Assembly (NCBI RefSeq): GCF_040938485.1
Contig: NW_027270902.1
Coordinates: forward strand, 1,364,001 to 1,428,000
Origin: Diadema antillarum
Lineage: Eukaryota
Direction of reading: 5' to 3'
Length of the DNA: 64,000 nucleotides
Made by a program: the position numbers and the translations under genes. The notes beneath the pieces were generated by a model. The model saw only the letters and a program-made list of their open reading frames with translations. It had not been told where the DNA came from and did no database searches. Shown here piece after piece: positions 1 through 13,332 of this stretch; position 1 is the stretch's first letter; each line of letters starts with the position of its first letter.

Positions 1-1639
1 CAAAATGTTGTAATTCTTTCTCTTTACATAACTAAGCATGTAAGTAGGTATACCTAAAGATGGTGATGTATCAGAGAAGCATGTACACCTACTCTTATAA
101 AATAGACTGAACCATGTAAACGGTCAATGCAGGGAGAAACAATATTTCTGCATTATGTCACGTTGCAGAGAACAATGGCATAATACACCTGTACATGCAA
201 TAATTCTTCAATATTGCGGTCGAAATATTTACACTTTCACGTCTGTTCATGTTGGCGAGCGACATGCGAATCGGAAAAAAAAAAACCTTCGTACTGAATT
301 CTATGTTTGAACATTGTAGCACACGACGAGCAATCACTATTCACTCTATAGGAAGGTTACAATTATATGGGAGTATGTGGTACATTGCGTAACTGATTTT
401 AGGAGATTAGCGCAATTTTTTTTTAAGTGTTACCGCATGCTTTCATGAGCATATAGTTCTACAGTGAAACATGCATAAAGACCACATTGTAAATACAGCA
501 AAAGCAGTCATAATGAGGGGTAATCTTTAAATAGAGAGTTTCATTAAAATGTAAAATACCTTGAACGGAAACAGATTAATAGCGGTCTTGAAGGAGAGGT
601 GTGGTCTTTACAGACAAGTGGTCACTAAAGCATGGTTTTTATTGCATCAACACAATAATATCATGGAGGAGGGACAAGTCACTTTGTTCATCTTTAAAAG
701 CAATCTTATCTTTGGTGTCTTTTATACAGAAGACGACTCGTGTCCCCTTTATTGCATAATAAAATAAAGTTTAGTGACACTGCTGACTTCCCAAAGTAGA
801 AATTGGTCAGTGTGTCTGATTTGCAAAAAACAAGCAAACGTCATATACAAGTACGTTTAAAAATGACTGCACATCGATAACCGTAGATTTTATATCTCTA
901 ATCTTGTGGTTATCATCGTAAGCAATTGAATCATTACTACTAAACTAAAATTCTTTATTGAAAAGAAGCTGTTCTGAAATCCATACGTGAAAGATTATGA
1001 TATAGCATTCGGTGACACTTCCATTCTGAAAATATCATTTACAACATACCCACAACCATTCAGTCCTTTCTTGGCATATTATGTTGCTCTATCAATGACA
1101 TAACATTCACTATCCCTGGATAAACACATGTGTGTTTTTTTATCTTAAGGTTTCATCCGCACACAAAGCTATACTTTACAAAGGATAAAAGAGTACTAGT
1201 ATAAGCCAAACACGTGTGTTTTCCACTAGTACGTCTGATGGGTAATTTGAACCTCCATCTTCCTTCGTTCAATGTTAAAAAAAAACAACACATAAAGAAA
1301 TATGTAATTATAGTAACAGTTAGCGTCTACACCCGTTTTGAATCTACACTTTTCTTGCTCAGAGTAAAGCAAATAAAGCTAGATGTAAGACATGCTCTCA
1401 TATATAACCATTTTGTCATTATATAGGTTCGAAAGAGAATGTTGACATATAATCATGTAGCTTCTTGAGGTGGGTATGTAATTGTTTGTGTTTTTTTTTT
1501 TTTCTTTCAAGGATCTACAGTTCTATTACACATTTGATGGGAACAGGAAAATCTATAGACGAAATAGTCTAGTAATAGCCTGAGTCGGAAAATACTTTGT
1601 CTGAGTCTCAAGTACTCTCGCAAAAAGCTTTGAGGGAAT

Positions 1640-1900
1640 TCATGACACTCTAGAAGAAATAAGGCAGCTGTGCTCACTTGGAACGATGGCTTGTGAAGTC
1701 GCCTGCTGGATGACAAGGACGACGAACGTGACAAAAAACTTTGCTTGGCTCGTCATCGTCTCAGACACGATCAGCAATCAGACGACGTTCTCGAACGGTA
1801 ACGTGATGATCAGTATCCTAGTCAAAGAAAGGCAAACAATCGTAAGGCTCGTTGCTGTTAAGGAGAAAAGATATAAGAGAGTGAGGACTGTCAGACTAAT
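1640..1900 (-). pseudogene. Possible decayed rhodopsin-family GPCR fragment (TM3-ICL2-TM4-like)
   Basis: Minus frame reads ISLTVLTLLYLFSLTATSLTIVCLSLTRILIITLPFENVV*LLIVSETMTSQAKFFVTFVVLVIQ, with one in-frame TGA. SLTIVCLSLTRILIITLPF resembles the S..T...S..R...I..P pattern around the DRY position. Confidence 0.25.
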
Positions 1901-1958
1901 TTACTGCACTCAAGCAATCCACTTCTTGAAAGAAAGATATTATTCAGAGGGGTGAAGG

Positions 1959-2167
1959 TTCAGGTGTGAGTTTCTTCAATTTATCTCCCTCTACAAATTA
2001 AATTTGTTAAGATCGCGACTGCTGACCTGTAAATTAACAAACATGTCGGAAAAAGGAACCAGTGGGACTCAAACGTGTCGTGTTTGTTAATTTACAGATC
2101 AGCAGTTGCGTTCTTAACAAATTTGATTTGTATAGAGGGAGACAAATTGAAGAAACACACACCTGAA
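1959..2167. mobile_element. Fold-back MITE-like hairpin, ~88-bp arms around a ~33-nt loop
   Basis: The reverse complement of 1959-2045 aligns with 2079-2167 (tgtttgttaatttacag.tcagcagt.gcg.tcttaacaaattt...gaagaaac.cacacctgaa). Confidence 0.8.
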
Positions 2168-3559
2168 TACACTTCTTATTTAGATGTAGACAAGATTCTC
2201 GACCGAGCCGTTAAAAACGAACTATCTGAGGACACTGTGTTCGTTGTTTTGTACTGTAGTTCTGCTCTCCTCTCTTTATCTTCTTCTGTGTCTCGTTTAC
2301 ATTAGTACCTTCCTCTTGGTCTTACCTGTATGTTTATCTACATCTCTATGTCAATCTTATTACCCCATTTCACTTTCCTCACCCCCCTTTGATGTAACAT
2401 ACATTTCCTGTGTTGTTTCCTTTTCCCTTTTGGGACTTCCTAATAAAAGCAATCGAGTTAGGTGTTTTCAGATGATAAATGCTCTATGACAGAAAATGAG
2501 CAATTTCAAAGGAGATGTTATTATATCTCATCGATCTGCTGCAGGTAATTTCCATATCATTCATGCAGTCGGATGACTGAAACAGACTGAAAGTTGTAAA
2601 ACAAGTGCATAGGTATAGTCTCTGCACATATATTCTAACACGATGTAATGATTTGTGCAGATTCAAAGCCCCTCTTCACACAATGATGAATGGAAGATTT
2701 TTCACAAATCGCCTGCGAAAGTTAAAGAAAATAATTTAAAGAAAACGCTTCAGAATAAAATATATTGATTCTCAGAATTTCGTATTAATGGCTATCATGA
2801 TAACAAATGATTGTGCTCTTCACGGTAAACGACATTCTGCACACCGGTTGAAAGAAAAAAAAGCGATCTTCATGACTTGATTTATTGGTTAGATTGATGG
2901 TGACAGGTTCAGGGCCAGCATCTAACCCGAAAGGTCTCAAATCAGTGTTATGCCCTGAGGAAAAAATTCAGAAACAAGAAAGAACACGGAACGAAGTAGA
3001 CCTTTGTCCTACGAACCATGCACGATCAGTGAGTCATTTACTATGCACCCTACAGCCCTATGGACGATTAGACAACTGGAAATAATTATCACGTGATGCG
3101 TACAGCAACAGCAAACATACGCAAATCCATACACAACATACAAATATATTATCTAACTCAAACGGCCGTACATCTTCCACATAAAGTTAAATGAAACTTA
3201 GGTATAGATCATTGTTTTACTGTCTTGTGGTGTGAATAAGTGCATTAAGTTTTTCGTGCCATTATTTTTTTTTTTTACCTCTTTAAACACAGACACAAGG
3301 TGTATTCTGTGTGCCTACAGTGTAGTATGCTGTTTTGAATAAAAGTTGAAGACTAAAGTATTTCATTTCAATGATTGCATGAAACTTTCCAGCCAACAGT
3401 CTGCACGGTAAAGAAATATCATCTTATAAAGGGGCCTACAGGCTATACACTGTCTGTGATGAGCAAGACAGAGTACAGATCACATCGATATTTCTTTGTA
3501 TAGATGAGCAAAGTCAGAGCAATTCCTTTACTCAAAATGTCACTCAAAAGTTTTCAGAC

Positions 3560-3850
3560 AAGAATAGAATGTAACTCACCGGCTGAAATTGTATATCCGT
3601 CACTGTAACTTTTCGCCACCACCCATTCGCTCACGTCCCTGGCTGCCTCTACATGTCTGCCTATGCCTAGCCGTCTGTGCTAATCAAGCGATTCGACGGC
3701 AGGCTTTGGTACTTAGCTCTGTGCTCTCAACTAGGATTGGTTGGCAGGAAGTCGGGAGGAAGCGGAGACAGAATACCACTCACCGCCGCTCTCTGGCGTG
3801 CTACTAATGACAACCTCCATCAAACAACTGGCAAAAACAATCGGAAATTG
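3560..3850. promoter_or_regulatory. CpG-rich promoter/first-exon-like island of an unidentified transcript
   Basis: Local GC/CpG rise, tandem ETS-type GGAAGT/GGAAGC, reverse CCAAT (ATTGG), and two minus-strand G|GTGAGT donors near 3580 and 3785. Confidence 0.35.
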
Positions 3851-4291
3851 AGGGTATAGCCAAAACACACTTCTCATTATACGCAATGATAAATATCTTC
3901 CTAATCTTTTTTTTTTTTAATATAAAGCCATGTTGTCATTCGGTGTTTAAGCTTGTTTTCGTTGGGGTTTTTTTATTTCGTTTTCACACAATTCATGTTT
4001 TTCTTCTATTTCTTTTCAGCAACATTTGTTGTTGTTGTTTTTTTGGATCTAGAAAGTGGACTATCTGACTGACTGGAGTAAAACAACAGAGAAAACATCT
4101 AAACCTGGACTGTAGATAGCAGGGACACAGGCCAAGTAGAGAGTTTCAAACTATATGTGGCTCACTGTAGTTTACATAATTTCCATCAAGATTTTCACGA
4201 TCGCCGCTTAAGATTCTTAATTTCTCTAATCGCTTGCTCAGACAAAGAGTTAGCTGAGCAGTGTTTTTTTACATCTCAACATGCAGACCCC

Positions 4292-4820
4292 TTAAGGGAT
4301 AAGTTCACTTTGGATTGAGTAAATGCAGCAATATTAGTAGAACACATCAGTGAAAGTTTGGGGAAAATCCGACAATCAATTCAAAAGTTAGGAATTTTTG
4401 AAGTTTGTGAGCAGTCACTGGTAGATGAGAAGACTACTACAGTGTTTGAGGGTCACATGCGTAGAACGATATAGGGAAAATATAAAGAGAATTTAGTTTT
4501 TGAAAAAAGTGCCACATTTCCTCGACTTGTCACTGACGTATGTTTAAGGAAATAATTATTCCCCCTGCCCTTTTGGAATAGGCAAGTCAAGTTTTCTTTT
4601 ATTATTGCGAGAAAAGTAAAAAAAATGTTGAATTTTCTTTATACTTTCTATCATATCGTTGTACACAGTCATGTGACATCACAAGCTTTAGTAGTCTTCT
4701 CATCCAGCCGTGACTGAGCAGAAACTTCAAAAATTCATAACTTTTGAATGGACTGTCCGATTTTCCTCAAACTCTTACTGATGTGTTCTACTAAATAATG
4801 CAGTATTTACTCAACCCACA
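4292..4820. mobile_element. Non-autonomous DNA transposon with long (~180 bp) imperfect terminal inverted repeats
   Basis: ttgagtaaatgcagcaatattagtagaacacatcagt...gatgagaagactact on the left mirrors agtagtcttctcatc...actgatgtgttctactaa..atgcagtatttactcaa on the right. Begins ttaaggg. Confidence 0.75.
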
Positions 4821-6831
4821 TGTCCATGAAGGTGGACAACTCCACAATTTGGCCTTTGCTGTTTTTTTTTGATAAAACACGTACATCCTTAGAAAGTGTC
4901 TGGATGTATGAAATTCATTGTGAACAAACAAAATGAATATCAAATTAATGTTTGCAACACATCAACAGAGAATGCCCACTTACACAATATACCAAAGAAA
5001 TTCAAATCTCTTTGATAGCTACCCATTTAGTCAGAAAATCGATCTTCCTGCGTGGGCGAATTTGCTTTTTATGACTTCCTCTTTCAGACTTCGGTCTTAA
5101 TAACACAAGACAGAGATTCCTCAAACTTTCTAAGCTTATGACTGTTTTGATATAACGTGAACAATGAATTCAAGTCAAAGTTCATGATACATGATATATG
5201 ATAAACAAGAAGCTAGTGGAAACCCGAGTCATTAAGGTAGAAGTCTTTTTCACATTTTGGACATTCAATAAGAAAATTAAAATATGTGAATTATTTTTCA
5301 CATACATTGACGGAATCATGATATTAATTGAAATTGCAGTGTATTGATTTTGATGAAGTGTTCATATGTTTTCACATTCACGCAAACACAAATAGTCATT
5401 AGATTTCCCTTTGTAAGAATGAAAAAAAAAGAAACAAAATATCCGTTACATCAGAGTATTGTGGTGTCAGCCTTGCAATAATGAAGGCTAAAGAAATTGC
5501 CGTTACTAATTGTGAACAAGAAGAAATGTCATTTAGATCATAATATTTCTATTTACAAACCAACAGAAGATTAATCTTTTTTTTGTCGTGGTAACGGAAT
5601 CATTTGCATTAGGCCTATAGAACTAATTCAATTTCATTGAGTTATATGAAAAACGATGAATTTTTAAAGTGCTGTATAACCTTGATTGTATCATAATTAT
5701 CATGATTAGCCAATTTTCATACCTAAAGCTTTTACCATTCTCTGTGTAAGATTTCAGCTTCAACATCAGGTGAAATCATACTTTAACCATGAGGTGAAAC
5801 ATGAGATCATATCACGTGCGATGTGTTTACATTGACCTCAGTGCCACGTTGAGGTTTATCTGGAAATCTGAGCGGGCGAAGTCAGTTTGGATTGTATATA
5901 AGTATATGTTATAGGGTTTAGCAGGGAGGTTTAGCAAACGGGATGTGTTCAATATTAGAAGTCATTTGCAATATCACTATTGTTGAAAATGACGTGTTTA
6001 GTAAAGTTGACGGCACGTGGATACACCATAAGACGTATCCCCAGAGTGTATGTACATGTATAATAAAATGATTTCAGAGCAATGTCACACAGTAAAGTTC
6101 CATTAAACCACAACAAACTGTGACGTATACATGCCTTGACCCTGCGTCCGGAAAGAGAATAGAACCTTCATCTGTGTAGTCTAAACTGTTTGTCGTTATG
6201 GGAATGTATTCCATCTGATCTGTCGTCCTGAAATTATGTAAAAGAGACAGCATTAACGTCAGGCCGAGGGGTCAAAGTTCAAGCACTCTTGAGAAAATTA
6301 TGTGTTTTCCAGCAGACGCGTAGAATAATATCTACATTTCGCAGAAGTTGCGTTCCAAGGGTCAAAGATTATGTCTGTTTTTCATGCATGCTCCTACGGA
6401 TGAAAGAGGGGGGAGTAGATGGAGAGATTTTCCGTTGTATTGGGAGGCATTGGTTAGAATGCACAAAAACTGTATCCTCAGTCTTCGGACCTTCCCTTAT
6501 GATAGTTTCACGTGTAGCATATACTGTTTACTGTCACCTGTTCACGCACTCTAGAATGCCAGAACTGCAGAATCTTTGTCCCACTTTGGGAAAGGAATAT
6601 TACTGAACAGGTAAATTGATTTAGGTAACTTGATTTGTAGTATTACATGGCTGCGTAACCTACAAACCCTAGCTCTATAGTTAATTTGTGTGAAAAGTGA
6701 GTGAGTATTGTTTACATCAGATCTTCCTATAATGAACCTTACCATGAACTTGAAAAGAATAATAAGCAAAGGAAGTGATCTTTCCAACTGATCGAGCCTT
6801 CGTAACGGCTGTGCTAATAAGAGTACAAAGA

Positions 6832-6974
6832 NNNNNNNNNNNNNNNNNNNNNNNNNNNNNNNNNNNNNNNNNNNNNNNNNNNNNNNNNNNNNNNNNNNNN
6901 NNNNNNNNNNNNNNNNNNNNNNNNNNNNNNNNNNNNNNNNNNNNNNNNNNNNNNNNNNNNNNNNNNNNNNNNNN
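6832..6974. other. Assembly gap (143 N)
   Basis: Run of n characters. Confidence 1.
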
Positions 6975-8029
6975 TAAAGCGCATAATAATTATCGTAAAT
7001 TCTCTGTGCGCTTGACATAACATACAATCAAACACAGCATAACATAACATCTACTACTAGTATTATACAATCATCAATACTTGAACAGGTAAGTTTTCAG
7101 TGCCTTCTTGAAAGAATCAAAGGAAGATGCTTCTAATTGAAAGGGGTAATGAGTCCAGAGAGTGGGAGCAGTGCTGATGATGTGAAGTTAGTATACTTAT
7201 TCAGACAATGAAGGGATATGTCTAGTTCGTGTTTAGTGGGGGGGGGGGGGGGCTAGGTGCGTATCAGTGCTCCCCGGTCTTGTCAAGAGTCAATACTCCC
7301 TTCTATTCATAACAAAAATAAACACTGCCGGTGCTCTGCCGTCACTCTCTTAAGGGCTCACACCTATAAATAAAACGGACTGTCCCAGACCCCTTCACAA
7401 ATTCGTACCAAAGATACCAAAATAAATGAAGAAAAAAATTAATTGAAAATCAATTATGTAGTTTGGCAAAAACAGAATAGCTGTAGACATTGAGTATGAA
7501 TTCCTCTACAAACTGCATTTTGGTTGGAAGATGAAAGCTTCTCTGATGGAATTTGAGGGGACTATATTCATTGGGTACGTGTACGGAAAATAGGTGATTT
7601 TTTGAGTGACAAGAACTCGTAGTCTGGCTTTGCGGACCCTTGGACAGAATTAGAGCAGAACAACCCACCCTGGAAATCTGATGGATGAAAGGATATATCT
7701 CACTTATTCAGGGTTAGTGAAGATGAAACACCTCATTTCTCCCAGCTATTTTACAGAATTTGTTTTTTGAAATTTGAATTTTAACACACGTCTCTATGGG
7801 GAATTCTTTACCCTCATTACATTTTATTTTCCGCCTGTCGAGACTAGACCTGAAAGAGGGCGCTGTTCTTTTCGGTGATCTTCTACCCCAGCCTCGGGCT
7901 TACAAACTGCTGACGTGCTGGATAGATCAGAGTTCCATCTTAGATAATGTTGGCACTGTCAGTACAGGTATGATATTTTATTTCATCTATATTTTTGGTG
8001 TTCTCCACGGTAGGAGGAGGACCCTAGGA

Positions 8030-9670
8030 CAGGGGCGTCCTATATCGGGGGGGGGGGGAGGGGACGGGGGTATAAATAGGCTTAGGGATAATGGGGGCAT
8101 CATTTTGCCCCCATCCGACCGTAATCATCGAGTTATGGAACATTTCCTTTTTGTTCAGATATTTCAGCCAATGTGACGTGCACCAGATCGTTGAATCTCA
8201 ATTCAAACAATAAAATAAAATAAGATAAAATAAAAAATCTCCCTCTCCCTCCTCCGCCTGTTCCCTTCCATAGATTTGGTACACTTTTGAGATCGACAGC
8301 TTTCCGAAAGATTTTAGTCAAAAATGTGCGTGCTGCCAACCAGATCTGTCATTTCAATTCCAAAAATGCAAAATTTGTTGTGTCTACAGATTAGATACAC
8401 GGCATATTCAAATCATGTTGTGTCTAGATAATGTAACAAGTCATACTATGTAACCGCATGCTGTCTCGTGCTATTGGCCTGTTCCGTGTCATGTCATTAC
8501 GCATGAGCTTCAGCATATTTTATGTCTCAGCATGCATTCCAACATTTCCACCCATTGACAATGTTGCTCACAAGTATTATTACATGATTGGAGACGGTGA
8601 GTCTGCAATAAACACTGGAGACAGTCAGACCACACCTCATTCTGTTCCTTCCTTATTTTGGAGTAACTATTTTCCAAAGTATCCCAAGATACAAGGCAAA
8701 GTTCCTAGCCTTTCATGGTGGGAGGGGTTTATCCCCTTCCAAATTGTTAATCCTCCCCCTTTTGGTTCCCCTCCATAATACAACAGTTCTCCCACACATT
8801 ATGATAATCATTATAATAATTCTAAAAATGCAACAGCCCCCTCGAATGGGGGAGGGGTGCGAATACCTACTCCCTTCAACACATCCTCTCCTTGTTCGGA
8901 CTCCATCAGAGTACACATTGGGGATAGACTATTTTCTGAATATGCACAAAATGTATGCGTCAGTCCGTTTTATTGAATTCAAAATTGCAAAAGCTCCGTC
9001 GTGTAGGAAGGGGGTAACTCCTCCCACCCCCATCCAGTTCTCCTCCGTAGACTTAGTACACATTGATGACGCCTGCGCGGAACAAGAAGTAGAGATAACT
9101 GATGCCGCGATTTTGCAATTCCTATTTTCTTGAATACATTTTTCTTACTTGTTTTTTAGATAGAAAATTTCCTAACATTTAACCAAAAATGTGCTAAATT
9201 AAGATCACTGAATTTCAGTTTTGAAAGTAGACAATTTCCCTCGTGTGGGACCCGAGGATGCCACTACCACATATACTCCACTTGCGTGACCCCATCCAGT
9301 ATACACTTGGGGGATTGACAATGTTAAAAAACAGAAACCTATAAATATGATAAAACATATGCATCATATCGTTGTATTCGATTCTAAAAATGTAAAAGCT
9401 CTGCCATGGCCTTGTCGCGTGGCTATATAAGCAGCCGTCTCCCATACACACTCCCCACCCCCACCTCCATAATTTATTAGACTAATTCGGTACGGCCCGC
9501 AACAAGATGTGAGATACCGAGATTTAGCCATTCACAATCAATGAATATTTCTGTTTCTTACTTATTTGATGGAAAAATCCAAATATTTCACCAAAAGTGT
9601 GCACCAGTGCACCAGATCCTCACCTCTCCCCCCGACCATCATTATGCATGAAGACTGATCGACGCCCGTG
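8030..9670. mobile_element. hAT-like non-autonomous element, ~1.64 kb
   Basis: Termini CAGGGGCGTC ... GACGCCCGTG. The flanking 8-mers ccctagga / cccaggga match 6 of 8, consistent with a decayed 8-bp target-site duplication. Internal G/C runs and tgcaccagat motifs. Confidence 0.6.
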
Positions 9671-10188
9671 CCCAGGGAGCAGCGGTCTTTTGGGAGTCAT
9701 AATTTTTCCCTAGATACGAGAAATATTAATTTTACCCTCAGCTCTGTACAATTGGAAAAATGATAATGAGAATGATAATTGAGAAAATTATCTTGGAGAA
9801 AATTATAATTCCCGCCAGGATATCACCTCTTACACATCTGTAATAAAAAGGTACGTGTAAAAGTACATAATACAAAGCGTGTAATAGGCCTATAGGAGTG
9901 TACTATAACTTATATGTTTCAAACATGTTTAACAAAAGACATATAGGTCAGAAGAGATTGTATACTCTTCGCAAATTTAACTCTTTTCATGTTAACCGCT
10001 CCACCGTGCATTTGTTTTATAAACCTGTCATAAACAGAGTATCTCTGTATTATTATGACTGGGTGGTGTGGTTTACCGCCTGTCAAAAGGTAGACTTCTC
10101 TTTGCTTAAAAAAGTAGCTAGAGAGAGAAGAGGGGTACAATTACATTTTAAAAATTTCTGTAAGAGCAGAATTAAGTGACAAAGTTAA

Positions 10189-10312
10189 ATCTATGATGGG
10201 CCTCGTCCTCTGAATTTAGCGTTGAGGTCAGGGGACAGGCTGAGATCTCCATGATGTTGAACAAGAAGGTTCCTTTGACTCGTGAGTTATAATCTATCCC
10301 TGCTGAATGGAG
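10189..10312 (+). ncRNA. Candidate box C/D-type RNA (C - hairpin - D' - C' - D)
   Basis: ATGATGG at 10193, CTGA at 10240, ATGATGT at 10251, CTGA at 10303. Internal 12-bp hairpin gcctcgtcctctg/caggggacaggc. Short closing stems atct/agat and ctcca/tggag. Confidence 0.3.
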
Positions 10313-10959
10313 GGACAGTGCTCAGATTGTATTTTCATTTGTTTCCGTATAAGCTTTGAGTTAATATTAGTAAATTTGTATCATATTACCCGTTAGATAC
10401 GTAACCTAAGAATGTTATTTTGAATATGGGGAAGTTTTATAAGGTTAAAGGTTTGAAGGCTAATGCATATGTTTTGATAAGTATAGTAACATAGCAACTG
10501 CGGTGTATTTTTGATAATGATGCTGGTTTTGAATAATTTTGTCAAGTTTGACAAAGTTCACAGGAAAACTTATTATATAGTCAATGAACTCTATCTGATT
10601 TACATGTAGTATTATAGTAAAACTTGTATATTGATATTGTTTTGAAATTCGGATTATTATCATCGTTCTAATGTTATGATTTTTCTGTAATTTGATTCAG
10701 GAATAGAATGATTATGACTGTGATGTGATATAATTTTTTGTTTAGATGTGTAGGCCTACATAACTATTACTTTTTTTTTGCACATTCAAACATAAAACAC
10801 ACATATTCATATTTACAACTGTGTAACCTTCAATATTTTTATACAATTATTTTTTCAGGTATAAGATACATTAATTCATATTGTTTATAACATAGTTATA
10901 ATCAATTTGACATACACGCATAATCAACACTGATAACCGAGTGTTTCTATTATGGGACC

Positions 10960-11500
10960 TTTGGCTTGCCATTATGCGCGTCTCTTCAGTCGAGGTACCG
11001 GTATTTGCCTCATATAAACACTGCTCATGCTAACAACTGCATTGCATGCATGCTGTGCTATCGATGCTGCATAAATGTATTTTATATGCAGCACCGCAGC
11101 AGCAGCAGTGCGAGCGAGCGATCATAGCCTTGTCCATGTGCATGCGAGAGACACGTCTACTCACAGTCACAATATCATCAAAATTGCCACCAACTTACTT
11201 TGTTCGACTGGGCGCTCCTTTTGATCTGGTTTACTCCACTTTACGTAGATGTTCAGAAGAGGTGTGTATTTGCGGTTTTGTGCAACTGCTCTTCAAGGCC
11301 CTAACTGAAATATTCTGTAATTTACGTGATAACTATAATAGCAGTACAGTCAACGGCGAGCTGTGCTGTTACTGTGGTGCCACGTACACTGCGTGCAGGT
11401 TTTTAGCGTTTCTTCACCCGAGCCGGCAGGCGCAACACACGGTGAAGTTCCGTTATCTCTCGGTGGGAGGCAGTGTGCAGTAACCAAGGCCACCAGCGAT
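10960..11500 (+). promoter_or_regulatory. Likely GUK1 promoter / upstream exon region
   Basis: CpG-enriched block about 2 kb upstream of the GUK1 acceptor at 13321, which needs an upstream exon. Several candidate donors occur here (gag|gtaccg, acg|gtgaag). Confidence 0.4.
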
Positions 11501-12260
11501 TAGTGTGATTACATTATTACTATTAGCGAGGGGGACAGCTAGCTAACATCAGTTGATTCAGTGAAATCTAATTGCCATGTGATTTTTGACATCGTTCCAT
11601 TTTTTTTTTTCACTTAGCCATTATCTTATCATCGATTGAAATTATTATATCAATCTTCTTTGACACGGGCAGCATGATTCTTGCCTTGCCATTTCACAAT
11701 AGTATTAGTAACTTAGAGTAGGCCTAGATTCTAGATCTATTTTTTTACTACGAATACTGGAGACCCTAATTGATGAAGCTCTTTTGTATTGCAGTTTAAC
11801 GTTTATCATATTAACCTCAGACTGAATGTTTAGTTAACTACATGTAGCTGCATGCTAGTAAACAGTTGAAAGAGGTGGTTTGCCATGCTATTTGACTCAT
11901 ATAAATTTAGCCAGTCGGTAACTATACACAGCCCAGTCGCTGTACATGGTACGTCGCGACATAGCGTAACAGCGTCTGGTCGGGCTAGCCAGTCGGTTGC
12001 TTAGCCTAGAAAATGGTGATGTACATTTAATACACTGTGTACAACAAGACTGCCAACCTTGCTTCTATAAAGTTCTACTGAGCATGAGTGTGGAGGAGAC
12101 ACTAGCACAAGGTCAAGGAAACAAAGGCAACTGTGCCGTGGTGGGGTCGGATCGGGGTGGGGTCGGGGGGGGGGGGGGGGCTGGATATGTATACCCCGTT
12201 CTGCAGAAGGGAGGTTTGGTTACAAGTTAGAAATGTACTGTACAGTTTCACTTTTATGTT

Positions 12261-12642
12261 TTAAAGGGACTGTACAGTACTGGTTGAGATGGGGATTCTT
12301 GTTTGGAACATTCCTAAGTGAGATAATGAGAAACCTCTTATGAAATATGAAAGAGCATGGAATTTCAAAAAGGATCCAACATTAATTTGATGAAAATTGG
12401 TTTTCAAATGGCTGAGATATCCCAAAAAGTGCTAGGCGACATGCCACAACTTTATTAGGATCTCTTTGTTTCACGTTGTTTTTGGATATCTCGGCCATTT
12501 CAAAACCGATTTTCATCAAATAAACTTTTGCTACCCCTTAGAATTGCATGCTCTTTGACATCTCATAGAGTGGTTTCTGAATATCTTGCAAAACGTTAAA
12601 TGCTAAATCCTCACCTCGACCTGAACTGTACACACCCTTTAA
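12261..12642. mobile_element. MITE with ttaaaggg...ccctttaa ends (family copy 1)
   Basis: TIR ttaaagggactgtacagt / actgtacacaccctttaa. Internal inverted gatgaaaattggttttcaaatggctgagatatcc. A related copy lies at 45947-46386. Confidence 0.8.
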
Positions 12643-12644
12643 AG

Positions 12645-12811
12645 TAGTGGCGGACCCAGGTGGGGGTGCACGCACCGGGCGCCCCCCCCCCCCCCCCCTT
12701 ATTTTTTGTTAAAACAAAAGAAATAAAAAGAAAATATGAGGGGGGCACGTGCTCCCCCCTTTCTTTTTGTAAAGGCGCCCCCTCTTTATGGAATTCCTGG
12801 ATCTGCCCCTG
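12645..12811 (+). mobile_element. ~165-bp GC-rich MITE with (C/T)AGTGGCGGA.CC ... GGATC.GCCCCTG ends
   Basis: Short TIR. A second copy in the opposite orientation lies at 59279-59444. Confidence 0.7.
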
Positions 12812-13332
12812 CAAAAGGTGTTGCAGTTTAGCTGGTGCATGATAAATATACCAGGTACACACTTGCACAGAGTGGGTGCACCTGCCTGCTGTACCTGGAT
12901 ATTCAAACTTACCCCTTGGGTATATTAAACATTCAGAGTAACACAGATTTTGTTCAGAGACATTTTTTTTTTTTGGGGGGGGGGGGGGCGGTTCGGCATG
13001 AGAATTTGTTTATCGGAGTATTCAGACACCTACAATGGGGTGAATTTGGTGAGTCTTACATCAACTATTGATTGCGTGAGAGTTGGCAGCCCCTTGTATT
13101 AGAGAGGGGGTATGTCGTAGGCTGTCTACTGAGAGTGTAAAGACAACCTTGGATATTACATTGTATACATTGAACTGTAGAATGTTACATCCTGGTAGGA
13201 ACCACCCTCCATCTACCCCATTCAAAAAATCACATGACTGTATGATATCCAACAAGAAACAGATTTTGCATGGTAAAGTAATCTTGAGGTAGTGTCACAT
13301 CACGTGTATCTCATTTTGCAGGTCTAACCATC

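Noticed and set aside
2098-2750. Plus-strand exon-like series (2098, 2472-2544, 2671)
   Set aside because: The 2098 acceptor lies in the arm of a fold-back MITE, phases do not join cleanly, and the upstream block has stops in all frames.
6551-7050. Long ORFs 6551-7027, 6775-7020 and 6814-7050
   Set aside because: They are open only because they cross the N gap; the flanking residues resemble no known protein.
10193-10244. SECIS-like reading of the hairpin (ATGA...AA...TGA)
   Set aside because: The ATGA-to-AA distance is about 16 nt instead of 11-12, and no upstream selenoprotein coding region was found on this strand.
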